Positions 42,186 through 55,489 of a stretch of 64,000 nucleotides of DNA are shown here, in pieces. The stretch comes from Octopus sinensis (taxonomy: Eukaryota): positions 20,212,001-20,276,000 of the forward strand of contig NC_043014.1 in the NCBI RefSeq assembly GCF_006345805.1. Reading direction: 5' to 3'. Each line of letters starts with the position of its first letter. The first letter of the stretch is position 1. The position numbers and the translations under genes are program-made. The notes under the pieces were generated by a model. That model had not been told where the DNA came from. It was given only the letters and a program-made list of their open reading frames with translations, and searched no databases.

Positions 42186-42631
42186 GTAAATATTTATTTC
42201 GTATATTTTTCACTTGTTTATTGTTTTGGTTTTGTGTTGAGTTTGATCTGAGAACATAGATTTTTTGTGGAGAATGACGATTTGACGTCTATATCTAGCA
42301 TGTTGACTGTCCACTTTTTCGTGTTCAGTCCTTAATTGGTATATATAAATATTTTAATCTTCGGATTCTTTCTTTAATATGCTAGACCACTGGTTCTAAT
42401 TGATAAATATCAATTTTTACCCTAAATTTTATGTTATATAAATATTTGTTCTCTAACCGATAAATTAACTGCTGCTAACTATTAGCTGCAGGCTAGTTTT
42501 CTCGGGTCTCATCGCGCCAAAATTAGAGACATTTGAAATATATATTTCAAATGTAATAGGCCGTACTCCATGCACGCGATATTTCGGTATCGTGTTGGCA
42601 TTTAGTACAGCAAATTACATTTTATATGGGA

Positions 42632-42697
42632 CCATGCTGATGATGGCTGCACGTTTCCTTGCGCAAAATAACAGCCGAAACTGAATTTAGTACATGG
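42632..42697 (+). ncRNA. Type I hammerhead ribozyme, copy 2
   Basis: ccatg-CTGATGA-t-GGCTG...CAGCC-GAAA-ctgaatttag-TA^catgg. Full core, predicted cut after 42692. Confidence 0.88.
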
Positions 42698-43143
42698 GTA
42701 AATATTTATTTCGTATATTTTTCACTTGTTTATTGTTTTGGTTTTGTGTTGAGTCTGATCTGAGAACATAGACTTTTTGTGGAGAATGACGATTTGACGT
42801 CTATATCTAGCATGTTGACTGTCCACTTTTTCGTGTTCAGTCCTTAATTGGTATATATAAATATTTTAATCTTCGGATTCTTTCTTTAATATGCTAGACC
42901 ACTGGTTCTAATTGATAAATATCAATTTTTACCCTAAATTTAATGTTATATAAATATTTGTTCTCTAACCGATAAATTAACTGCTGCTAACTATTAGCTG
43001 CAGGCTAGTTTTCTCGGGTCTCATCGCGCCAAAATTAGAGACATTTGAAATATATATTTCAAATGTAATAGGCCGTACTCCATGCACGCGATATTTCGGT
43101 ATCGTGTTGGCATTTAGTACAGCAAATTACATTTTATATGGGA

Positions 43144-43209
43144 CCATGCTGATGATGGCTGCACTTTTCCTTGCGCAAAATAACAGCCGAAACTGAATTT
43201 AGTACATGG
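43144..43209 (+). ncRNA. Type I hammerhead ribozyme, copy 3
   Basis: Same core and stems as copy 2, predicted cut after 43204 (512 nt after copy 2). Confidence 0.88.
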
Positions 43210-43588
43210 GTAAATATTTATTTCGTATATTTTTCACTTGTTTATTGTTTTGGTTTTGTGTTGAGTTTGATCTGAGAACATAGACTTTTTGTGGAGAATG
43301 ACGATTTGACGTCTATATCTAGCATGTTGACTGTCCACTTTTTCGTGTTCAGTCCTTAATTGGTATATATAAATATTTTAATCTTCGGATTCTTTCTTTA
43401 ATATGCTAGACCACTGGTTCTAATTGATAAATATCAATTTTTACCCTAAATTTAATGTTATATATATATATATATAAAATAGAAATATTAAAATTTCTAA
43501 GTCTCTCTAAAGGAAACTACGGCAGCGGTACTGGATATTAATAGTTATGGCCAAGCTAATATGGCAGTCCAGAAATATAGGACGAATG

Positions 43589-43774
43589 CTGCCGTTGATT
43601 AGCTCCAAGAGGCCATTGCCTCTAGCTTGCTATGTGACATACGAAGCTGTGTCCATTGTAACCTTCGAACAATGAAGCGGCTGACCTCCCCTGTTCGAAG
43701 GTTATAATGGACACAGGTTCTTGTGTCACATAGCTAGCTAGAGGCGATGGCCTCTTGGAGCTAATCAACGGCAG
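43589..43774. repeat. 186-bp fold-back hairpin (about 83-bp arms, about 20-nt loop)
   Basis: ctgccgttgattagctccaagaggcc... / ...ggcctcttggagctaatcaacggcag. About 6 mismatches. Right end abuts TA repeats. Confidence 0.85.
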
Positions 43775-43814
43775 TATATATACACACACACATATATATA
43801 TATACATATACTTT

Positions 43815-44031
43815 TATTGTTGCTGGAGCACCGCCTTTAGCCGAAGAAATCGATCCCAGGACTTATTCTTTGTAAGCTTAGTACTTATTCTATCGGTCTC
43901 TTTTGTAGACCCACCGGCTTACGGGGACGTAGGCACACCAACATCGCCTGTCAAGCAATGGTGGGGCACAAATACATTCAAACACACGCGTAGATACACA
44001 CACACGCTCGCGCGCACATACACACACGCAC

Positions 44032-44064
<33 letters not shown>

Positions 44065-44619
44065 GTTATATAAAATCCTTTCTGTCTGTGTGTGTGTCTT
44101 CTAGGACCTCGGGCATCCTCCATCCGATTGCGCTCAAATTTGATATGTAGATTCCGACGGTATCAGGGTGTGTATAAGTCTCGAAAAAATTACAAAAGTT
44201 GATTCCAGGTGAGAATGAAATCGATAAAACCATTTTTGTCCTGTTTATCTTCCGCGAAACTGTACATAACTGCACCTTCCATTTTTTGTTGTTTTTGTAC
44301 TGCTTAAAGGCATGTTTCTCTTCTCCCAAGCATACTATTTAAACCATGTTTGTGTTCTCCCCGTCAGCAGCCTTATCATTACTGGCACCTTAAACTCTTC
44401 GGTTGCATATTTGTGTGAATAAAATCGTTTTTCTTTGGAATAGAAAAACAGTCTATCTTTATTTCCTCTTTTGCTTGTGTCTCAAATTGAGGTTAAATCA
44501 GAGTTTCTGAAAGGAGAGGCCTATGGGACGGTCGGACAAGTTGTTTTAAGAAAATTTGGTTTAAATGTATGACAACTCAGCCCCGTCCATTGGATGGGGG
44601 GGTGTTTTGCTCGTATGTA

Positions 44620-44662
<43 letters not shown>

Positions 44663-44820
44663 GACGGGCTTCTTTCAGTTTACGCCTACTAAATCAATTC
44701 ACAAGACTTTGGTTGTCCCGACGCTATAGTAGAAGATACTTGCCCTAGGTGGCACGCAGTTCTGAACTCAGAACCATGTGGTTGGGAAGCAGACTTCTTA
44801 CCACACAGTCACGCCTGTAT
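43815..44820 (-). mobile_element. SINE family A halves (3' 43815-43990; 5' 44660-44820) separated by inserted sequence
   Basis: Reverse-complement matches to both halves, with microsatellites and a Helitron-like element in between. Confidence 0.7.
44070..44480 (+). mobile_element. Helitron/DINE-like non-autonomous element lying between the two halves of a SINE
   Basis: tatataaaatcc-ctgtctgtgtg start and the core ccatccgattgcgctcaaatttgatatgtag, typical of these elements. Confidence 0.5.
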
Positions 44821-45858
44821 TTTGATATACATATATTCACACATGTACATCTATATGTATGTATGTATGTATATAAATATATGTGTGTGTGTGTATGTGT
44901 GTGTGTGTTTTTATGTGTGTGTGTGTGTGTGTGACCGCGTGCGCATCGTTGGCGATTTTCTTACTCCGTCTTCCCTTCTTTGGACTTTTTCTATATTTCT
45001 GATGAAGACCTCCGCTCGAAGCGTTGTTAGTTTTTCTTGTTCATGTTTGGATTGACTATATATATATATATATATTGTGTGTGTGTTTGTGTGTGCATGT
45101 GCGTGTGTGTGTAAAGTTATAAACTAAGGGAAGAGAAAATAGATAAATAGAAGAATAGATTTGTAGATATATTTGCCTGTGAAAGCTAATATAGATATTT
45201 GTATTTATATCTTCGCATATGCCTGTAGAATTTCTGTATGTACCAATTTTAGATTATAGGAAAGATTCCATCTTTCTATCTTCACATTATAATTCAACAC
45301 TGCAACAATTTTGCATCTATATCCTCTCCATTATGTAACTATATTCCAAAAACTAACTGACACACTCAATTATTAATTCACCAGAGGGCTCTTAGTGGAA
45401 GCTAATATATAGTTTTTTTTTGTAGGTTCTCAGACAACATATCTAGAAAGTATATAAAAATATTATAACAGCCTCCAGGAGCGCATTTATACACACAATT
45501 AGTGATAAAACATGAAGAAAACAACGAGATATACTAAAAAAATACTACACGAATAACACAACAAAGATGGCGTTGGACAGCGCATTTCATTGTGACGAGA
45601 TAAAAAAAGAGTCTAAGAAAGTAAGAGTGGTCCACTGGCATGCACTTAGTCAAGAAGGATAAAGCAAACAGAGCATGAGTGAAAATATGCATATATACAA
45701 GTTGGCGACATACTGAGATATACATGTATATATGTGAGTGTGTATATATGTGGGTGTGTATGTATGTATGCGAGCGCGCGTATGTGTGTGTCTGTATGTG
45801 TAGTTATACAGACATATGAATTAGTTACATATATGTCTGTGTACGTGTATAGTTAAAG

Positions 45859-45903
<45 letters not shown>

Positions 45904-46525
45904 GTATGTATAACCATGTATATAGACATATATATATGGATAGACTTATACATATATAAACGAAAAACTATATACATATATACAAATAGATAGATAGATA
46001 GATACGTATGTGGGTGGGTGTATATGTTTTCACCCGTCCACCGATACGCTACAGTTTAGCACGGACGGGATGCATATATATATATATATATATATGAAGG
46101 AGAAATATTTAATCGTCACTTAATACGACTGCAGCCCCTGTGAGCATTCATGTATACATTTATATGCTTTTCCTACAATATTAGAAATTTTAGCTCTTAT
46201 TTCTAGCAATGCAGGTGCCTTGACACAGCATAGTCGCGTTAAGTGATGATTATATTTTTCTTGAATGGTATCACATTGCGCATGATAGTTTATATTAACC
46301 TTTGTATACACATTAGCGATCCGCTAATTCATCCAATTGTCTATATCACAGAGCTCGAATGGATGGCAAAGTTAACCTCTACGGAATTTGAACTAAGAAC
46401 ATATTAAAAAGGTAATGTGAACGTAATAAGAACGTAAGGAACCTGAACGAATACCGAGAGTCTATTTTTCCGAGGCTTTAAAGTCTCTGGCAGTTCTATG
46501 CAATTAAGCAATAATTATGATAAAG

Positions 46526-46562
<37 letters not shown>

Positions 46563-49500
46563 TAAATGCACCATGGCTCAACAGAAAAAAAAAGATATAC
46601 GCAAACATAAGCACGCACCCGCGCGCACGTGTTTTCCCTCTCTCACTCTTCTAACTTCAGAAACCAAAGACCTTGAGGTCGTGACTTCAATGTTGTTGAA
46701 GCCCAAAAGTAGAAAAGAAACCGAACAAAGATAAAACTCCTTTCGACTGCCGTCCGGTTTGTGTTTCAGTTCTACACATGGCAACGTATTTATGGCAGCT
46801 CTGACAAGTTAACCTCGATCGACTGTTAATAAGTAGGTGTCAGAGCAGAGAGTTGAAGAAAAATGGCGAGACAATAAATGTGACATGTAAGAGTAGTATT
46901 TGTTTAAAAGAATACGGTATTGTTTCAGTAGACACCCACATCTACGCTATAACCCTCTTCAATCACAAACATAGTTATATGCACACACACGCACACACAC
47001 ACGCACACACGCACGCGTACATGAACAGAAACAAAGATTTCTTGTTAAGTACCGTAATTTGACGCGTGTGTCTTCAGTTAGACTCAGTGTGCAATGTATT
47101 GTTGTGATAGCAACACTATTATATTTCCTCCTGGAAAAGCAAAAGGTAAAACACGAGATAGGCCTCCAGTGATTTTTTTTCTCACCGCTCTATCAGATTT
47201 CGATTACTCTTTATGCTGAGTATAGAAGAAATAAAAGTGTACATCTACATAAACTCGGATCTAAAGAATTTAGCCAGTTTTTCTACATTCATGTTGTAAA
47301 GCTTTCACTTTTACATTACATTAATTTTAAAACGCTGCAGAGGTTAAATGGAAATTAAGTTGCACTTAAATATGTGCTTAAAATCGCAGCGAAAGGCATA
47401 TAATGATTAAACTATATGCTTATGTGTTTTCACTCTCTAATTAATTGATGATGACAACATTTGCACTGCTATGTGGTTGAGATTGACCCCTTTGGTTTTA
47501 TTTGATTTCGTGTATACTATAACTATAAGCATTTATTCGCGCTGTGGTTAGGAAAATTAATACCCAATCTCTAGTGAAGCGGTACAAAACGCTGAAACTA
47601 CACAAATTGATTTATCTGATTAGATACAAAGAGAAAAAAGGGAAAATATTGACACTTAAGGAGAGTATCTAATTTTCATGTATAAACTAACGACGTAATG
47701 TATACTGAATGTAAAAACGAACGAGAGACAAACAGAAGGTCCGTAATTCTTCATCAGTTATCGACCATCTGGTAATATTCAGTTTCGCACCTTTAATGAT
47801 AAGACTGAGTGCTTCCGAATTGACGGTGCCCGCAGAAAAAAGTTTTCTTGCGGAGAATTAGGGACAAGAGTAAACAAAACAAGACAAGCAAAACAACACA
47901 GAGTGTGATTTAGGACGGTGAGCGAGGACGAACAGTCGAACAAAATACGGCCTTGGGGGAAAAGAGACGAGAAAAGTGGATAACGCTTAGAAAATGTCTT
48001 GAATGATGGAGAACGGCAAGACAGAGAATTTGCGACTGGTCATCTACGGGACCCGTGTAAAAAGAAAGAAAAGGAGGAACTGGCCGCTAGTCATGTGATA
48101 GCAGCAGGCAGAGGAAAAAAAGCAGCAGGGAGAGGAAGCGACATAGAAAAAAGTGGGGAAAGGGATGACGGGGAAAGAGAAAGGAATTCAAAAGAGAGAG
48201 AAAAGGATTAAGTAGAAAGGCTAGAGTAGAAGTGAGAGGGTGAGAGAAAGAAAAGGGGAAAGAATGAAGGTAAGAGAGAGAGTCACACGGTTATATAAAA
48301 AAACTTACTTGTTAATACAAATATATATACATGTGTTGTGTGTGTGTGTGTGTGTGTGTAGTGAGGAATTATCACAGTAAAAATATCAGTTGCTGCCTTG
48401 TATGCTGCAGGGGATTGGAAAACATACGTTTTGCGGGGTCAGATGAAAGTATCACGGTTTTTGCAAAGAATCAAATGAATAAATAAATGAACAACAAATT
48501 TTCTAACACTTTTGTGGCCAACTCATCAAATCTCTATCTACTGTTTGCCCATTCTCTTTCCATATACGTTCATATACAGCCATTCTGATTTCCTACTTCA
48601 TTCGTTGGAATAACTGATAACGTGAAACACAGAGTTATATCAAGAGGCTTAACTTCTAACCCTTTCTTTAGTTATTAGAGTATTCTTATTTCTGTTGATA
48701 TTGTGGTAGTTCTTACTACTTTTAATGAAGATGATGTTGGTGGTAGTAGTGGTGATGCTGTTTCGTTCGACCTTTCACTGACATTCTCAATTTAGATGTT
48801 GACTTGGACGTTCTTAGCATTTCTATCTTTTTCAATGTTTTCTTCATTCTGTTCTGACCGGTGTTGTTGCTGTTGCTGTTCGTGGTGATTTTGTTGTTAT
48901 GGTTATTGTATATACATAGCTGTCGTTTTCTGCTACGTTACTGTGTTGCATCACAGTGTTATTGGTAGTGTAAGATATCTGTTTATATATTATCCGAAAA
49001 ATAAAATAGAAAAGAGTAATTATGTTGTTTTTTGCGTGTTTTTTGTTGTTGTTGTTGTTCTTTTGCTTTCAAAACAAAAAATGTCAAGGTAAGCATTAAT
49101 TAGGGAAATATAATTACCATGGTAATCTTGCCAACTTTCCACCTCCCATTTCTATTCAGCCATCGATCTTAATGTCATTTTGTATAGAGAAACTGTTTGG
49201 CGATATACGACTGGAACACAAGTAACTCTTCTAACTCCACTCTAACTCCAAATAACCTTTCTTTATTAGTTTTGCTACAGATAAAATAATAATGATAATG
49301 ACGAAGAAAATATTTCTGTTACTGCGGAGATCAGGATACTGAGTAGGTGTCCGGCACAGAACAGATAAGTTAAATTTTTATGGGTAGTTGGGCCCCTTTG
49401 AGGCAAAATCCTCTTGAGATGGTGTCTCGATAAAAATACTGGTGGCAATGAAACTTTATCACTTTCCTCAGTGTGAGACTAATGGATAAAAATACAATCA

Positions 49501-49589
49501 AAGGTGGAACTTCAGGTGAAGGACTCTCACCCTGTAGATGTCTTCTGGGTGAGAAGCACAGTATTCCAATAATAATAATAATAATAATG

Positions 49590-50162
49590 GAAAGAGTGTG
49601 ACCCACTTGGTAAGTGTATATGATAGCCTTGCACAAAAAGAATACAAAGGCCACCACGATAAAGTGTGTGCGTATCTTCACTGGCTCTTATGCCGTAAAT
49701 ACCAATATGCAGTAACAGAGAACTGGTATGAGCATGTACCAAGTAAAGTTATGCACTAGGATGGAAAAGTAACGATACTCTGGAACTATGATTTTCAGAC
49801 GGATAGTATAATCGAACACCGTCGGATATTGTCATATTGAATATGAGAGACAAATACCGTCTGATCACTGATGTAGCCATACCAAATGACATGAATATTG
49901 TGAGTAAAGAGGCTAAAAAAATCACCAAGTACTCTGAATTGAAAGTGGAAATGGTGATCAGAGCCTTGGGCTCGATCCCATTGAAACTTCAAGACTTCTT
50001 AAGCCAACTGGAAATCTCATGCAAGATTGATGTCTTGCAAAAAGCAGCCTTATTGGGCACGGTGCACATCTTAAGGAAAGTATTGTCTGTCTGAGGTCCT
50101 TGTTGTGACTTGGCAGATGATCAAACACTCCGGTGCATATTTACCTACGCTGTGTTACGAAG
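49590..50162 (+). pseudogene. 5'-truncated R4/Dong-type RLE retrotransposon flanked by (AAT)n on both sides
   Basis: KEYKGHHDKV..LHW.LC..WYEHVP..ILWNYDFQTD..DIVILN..DVAIPND..KITKYSELK..LQKAALLGTVHILRKVLSV*. Confidence 0.9.
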
Positions 50163-50412
<250 letters not shown>

Positions 50413-50465
50413 AAAATAATGAGGTTAATCAGATGATATCATCAAAAATCTAAAAGAGAAAGCTT

Positions 50466-50524
50466 TTATAAAATGGTAGGGGCCTTATAAAATGGTAGGG
50501 GCCTTATAAAATGGTAGGGGCCTT
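50466..50524 (+). repeat. 19-bp minisatellite x3 (ttataaaatggtaggggcc)
   Basis: Exact tandem copies. Confidence 0.95.
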
Positions 50525-51234
50525 AAGCAAATAAAAATCAGCTTCTATTTCACTGGTGCCAAGCTTGGGCACCGCCTTAAGGTATTTAGTCGAGCAAATC
50601 TACCTCAATACTAATTTTTTAATGTTCGATACCTAGTATGATTAGTATGTCTAATCAAGCTTTCCGAACCGTAAAGTTATATGGAAATAAGCAAGACAAC
50701 ACCATTTGTCAACATGAGGTGGAGACATACACCACGCCAATATATACATATACATATATGCATATACAAATATGTGTGTATGTGTGTATATATATACGAC
50801 GCACTTCATAATCACACAACCATAACTGTGTATATATATACCATACACACACACACACACGCATATGTATCTGTATGAATTTCTATATATTTATATATGT
50901 AATGAGGTGTTTCTTCGCAATTGTCTGACGAAGAGTTTGCTTATGATGCAGGCTCTATGAAGTGCATTAACCACTTGCATCTGTAATATGACGCCATGTG
51001 TTGCAAATACCTAGGAGTCTAATGCAATTAACATTTGAACTAAAACCTGACTTGCTTAATTGTTGCATGTCGAGTGCATCCAGTCATACGTAATATGCAT
51101 CTATAAGTATATATAGCTATATATACATACACATATATACGTAAATGTGTATATACATACATATATATATATATACATACATATATACATATATGTATAT
51201 ACACATCTATACATGTATATATATACGTATATGC

Positions 51235-51269
<35 letters not shown>

Positions 51270-51346
51270 TTGAATTCAGTTGAACTTGTTTCAGATCACG
51301 AGCTGTGGCCATACTGGGGCACCACCATATATATGTATTTTCGTAC

Positions 51347-51411
<65 letters not shown>

Positions 51412-52517
51412 ATATATACGTGTGTGTGTATGTGTGTGTGTGTGCATACGCACAGGCACACACATACATACAAATAAAGCATCTGTATATGAAGTAGGAT
51501 GTGAAAGTCAAGAACTGGAAACCATATATGCATATATATCCTTATTCTTCAAGTGTAAATGTTTATACACACATTTTTACTTATGTCACTTCAGATATGA
51601 AAATTTGACATAAATTTCACATATTAAGTGCAATGTATAAACTTGTTTATAGACACCCTTCGCTGTGTTTGATAATTTTGATAATTGTAGCAAAATAACA
51701 ATCATTTTATCATCATCGCCATCGTCACTATCACCTTTTTTTTTGTTCTTCATATTATCTATCGTAAATATAATAATTTCCAAACAGCATTCTTTATTTT
51801 CTGCTGTACATAAGTTGCAGCTCTACTCAGATATATTCTTAAAAATTGCTTCCTTCGAGCGGGAATTATTTTTATCAGCCGCCATTTGTATTTCTGTATT
51901 CATTTATAAGTTTTAACGAAATGTTCTGGATTCGGGCTATTAGAAATAGGAATTGAGATATGATTAGTGGTATCGTGATATATAATTTATTACGTCTTTT
52001 GGTACGATGACAGATTTTTCTTAGAGATAAGCCATAATATTATTCCCCTGGAGTTGTTTCTTTTCGCTCTTTTCAAAGAACGAAATAAAGAAAACATCAT
52101 TTTGATTTTAAGTGATTGTTGCATCTTTCTTTACACTCCTATTACTACAGCTTCGCTACTAAAGACGCAAATACTTTTCATTGATATCAATGTCCTTTTT
52201 TCTTATTAACCCTATCGTTATCAATAACCCACTGATCACTTATTTTTTATGAAAGCTATCTTCTCTACTTCTATCGATTATTCTTCATGCTAAACGAAAA
52301 TTTAGTAAGTCGTTGCAAATACAATTATTTAAAAGCATTCACATAATCCTATACATGAGGACAGATAGCCGTATCAGAAAGGAGCTCGTCCACAAGTACA
52401 CACGTTCGCATAAATGCATGCATACATAGCAACACGCATAAATGCCATACTTTAGAGACAGGGACACGCACACGCTCAGAAATAGGTACAATCATTTATG
52501 CATCTAAATATATATAT

Positions 52518-52887
52518 AGTGGCTGTGTGGTAAGTAGCTTGCTAACCAACCACATGGTTGCGGGTTCAGTCCCACTGCGTGGCATCTTGGGCAAGTGTCT
52601 TCTGCTATAGCTCCGGGCCGACCAATGCCTTGTGAGTGGATTTGGTAGACGGAAACTGAAAGAAGCCTGTCGTATATGTATATATATATATATGTGTGTG
52701 TTTCTGTGTCTGTGTTTGTCCCCCTAGCATTGCTTGAAAACCGATGCTGGCGTATTTACGTCCCCGTTACTTAGCGGTTCGGCAAAAGAGACCGATAGAA
52801 TAAGTCCCGGGGCCGATTTGCTCGACTAAAGGCGGTGCTCCAGCATGGCCGCAGTCAAATGACTGAAACAAGTAAAAGAGTAAAAGA

Positions 52888-52889
<2 letters not shown>
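52518..52889 (+). mobile_element. SINE family A (full length, young)
   Basis: Close match to the 10473 copy. Confidence 0.9.
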
Positions 52890-52935
<46 letters not shown>

Positions 52936-53104
52936 AATATATGCATATCATACATATGTGTACATACCTGCATATATATGTAAATATACATGCATATATG
53001 GGTACAGGACATCAAAAAATGTTGAACACAATGAGAAATGAAAACAAAAACAAAAACATAGAAACAAAATTTTTTAAACAACTGAAAAAATAATTGCATA
53101 TCAG

Positions 53105-53480
53105 ATTTGGCTCACCAAGAGCTGCAGTTAAGTACTGATCTTTGTAGAGCTTAAAATTCCCTTTGAGGCCTCCATTAGATTTTCAGAGCTTATGACATGC
53201 ACGGCATTGAAAGGTGTGCTTGGCATTGAAAGTTGTGAGTGGCAGTTCGTCTTTCATAGGTCCGCAAATGAGATTAAAACCCAGCAAAAGAAAGGCATGT
53301 TTTGTCACAAAGTATGCTGCGCACAAAAAGTCACTGAGCTTCAGCTTCTCAATTGCAACATTCTTCTATAAATCTCTCTTGAGTCCTGCATCTATTATCC
53401 TGGCATCCTTTAACGTTTTAACTCCACACTTTTGTTCGCCATCCAGCTCGATCCAAAGCACCGGTTTCTATGGCAGTTCT
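53105..53480 (-). pseudogene. RTE-clade LINE C-terminal remnant
   Basis: Minus-strand translation ...DAGLKRDL*...TFQCRACHKL*KSNGGLK resembles the RTE C-terminal zinc-finger region. Confidence 0.6.
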
Positions 53481-53521
53481 TATAGCGTCCTTAAACCTCT
53501 CCCTATATATTATTATATATA

Positions 53522-53572
<51 letters not shown>

Positions 53573-55489
53573 TATATAGTATATGCACACCCGCGTGCCA
53601 ATACTAATTAATATTTGTTACAACTAATACAATTGCTCTACTATTATACATATGTGTGCCTATATGTGCGCCTGCGTGTTTTTTTCTTCCTATTGTTCTA
53701 CACCTTGGTGCAACGATATCGAGTATTATCTAAGAGACTAGAAAACGTTGCTTTTTCCGCTAGTTAAATGTCCATAAAGAGAGTCCACTTACGCTAACCA
53801 GCTCGACGGAAATATTGATATACTGACAGAGAGGGAGAGATAGAGATGGATGCACAGAGAGATGTTATAATTTTACTTATATAATGAAGGTTACCTCCAT
53901 TCAACAAGGCACTCAATGCATAAACAGTTTAATTATACCTATTTGAATATTGACCTTACGAGTGATCCTTTATGAAACTCATCAGGCACCCAACACCGGC
54001 AGAAACCAACTTGTGTTAACTCTTACACAAAACTTTTTGAATTCGCAAAAAAAAAGAAGAGATATAAATGAATAAATAATTTAAGAAAACACAAATATTT
54101 TATAAGTAGTTTCGTAATGGAAATGTTTTATGATTTTAATAAAAAATAATTGCTCAAGCAAGTTAATATCATGCGACTTAAGAAAGCGATAAATATTTAA
54201 ATTATACTTGGAAGCCATAGACGTGATTTAGAATTATTTCATTTTTAGTTCTTTGAGAAAAATAATTGGAAAAATGAGGTATAAATAAAAGAGAAGTAAC
54301 AGTTGATAGTGAGATTCACGTGTATTATAAGGAGTTATGTGCACTACAAAGTATGATATATGTAAATATATTTTCTTGCAGAATTTAATAAAAATCTAGA
54401 ATTGGACTCTGATATTTCAAGCTCAATACAGGTATTCATAAATTGTATATATATATATATATATATGAAAATTTATAACGCATTTTCGTATACATATTTA
54501 ATACATGTACATACGCCAGTATAATACATATACATGTTTAATATATAAGTGTGTAGGTGTCTGAGTGTGTTGTGTGAGTGTGTGAGTGCGTGAGCGTGAG
54601 TGTGTGTGTGTGTGGATGTGTGTGTGGGTGTGTATGCATAAAATCGATTAAAAAGAGTGCAGCAGAAAATTCGGTCAATGTCCCCCTTGAGATAGAAAAT
54701 TGAAAGGAGAGAAATTAATCAGGCACACGAGAGTTTGACATCCACTAAGTTTTTAAAAATGGCTGCAACTGATAAAGAACGCAGGGATGCGTGAGTTTCA
54801 TACTTAAACATCAAGTGGTAGAGAAACAGAAGCATCGTGAAGAGGAAGAAGAATGGCGTAATGAAATAAGGAGAAGGAGGCAAATGTGGGCTGAAGGGAA
54901 ATGATGGGAGGGAAGTTGAAGGATAAGAACGGGTTTAATGAATTAAGAAGAGATGTAGGAGTAGAAGCGAAAATATTAACTTAAACCTGTCGGTGACATG
55001 GTGCTAATTTCGAATATGAAACATTGTTCCACCCACACCTGTTTCCTGAAGTAAGTGTGCCCATGGTTTGCGGTGATGTCGCCCATTGATGATTGTAACA
55101 ACAGGTATCGAATAATCGAGGAACATATTTAAAAGAACCTGGTCGTGTTGGGATGTGTGTTATGGCGCTTCTTACTAGGATATTTCTGAAGCTGTTGTTT
55201 GGTTTTTATTTTTTTAAAGGCGAGGAGAGATGGTCGAGAAAGACAGGAGCAATTTTGGAGGTTAGAATGTAGAATAAGTATGTTACGGGTGAGTTTATCT
55301 TTGAACTTAAGGATGGACGGGTGGAAAGTGAGAGAGAGAGGATGGAATATGGTTTATAAAATGTTCTTCCTCTCACCCCAAATGCACCGAATCTGCCAAC
55401 TCTTTCTTTTAATTCCCTTGTTTTGCAGTCTGTGCAGCGATGATACGATTCCGAATCTCAGTGTCAAACAATGCGACAATTCTTCCTAA

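Larger units (their letters stand above)
41817..43462 (+). mobile_element. Retrozyme-like tandem array: about 3.2 copies of a 511-512 bp non-coding monomer, each full copy with a type I hammerhead ribozyme
   Basis: The anchor tcggattctttc recurs at 41850, 42361, 42873 and 43385, with only a few differences between copies. No ORF in the track. CTGATGA at 42125, 42637 and 43149. The array starts with a 35-nt inverted copy (41817-41851) of 42305-42339. Both ends abut (TA)n. Confidence 0.85.

Noticed and set aside
41817-42339. Reading the first array unit (and 15159-15520) as a TA-target Tc1/mariner MITE
   Set aside because: The left TIR occurs once while the right copy repeats with each unit, and the repeat period is defined by HHRs. 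An inversion on a tandem retro-copy fits better, but a MITE is not fully excluded.
41850-43462. CRISPR-like array
   Set aside because: Whole 512-bp units repeat, there are no unique spacers, and the context is eukaryotic.
47735-47800. Minus-strand CTGATGA with a nearby GAAAC
   Set aside because: The stem after the box (AGAA/TTCT) is followed by GTTTG, not GAAA, and a type II permutation lacks stems I and II.
53950-53990. Minus-strand cCTGATGAg
   Set aside because: No GAAA box and no stem I pairing; at best an unrecognisable relic.
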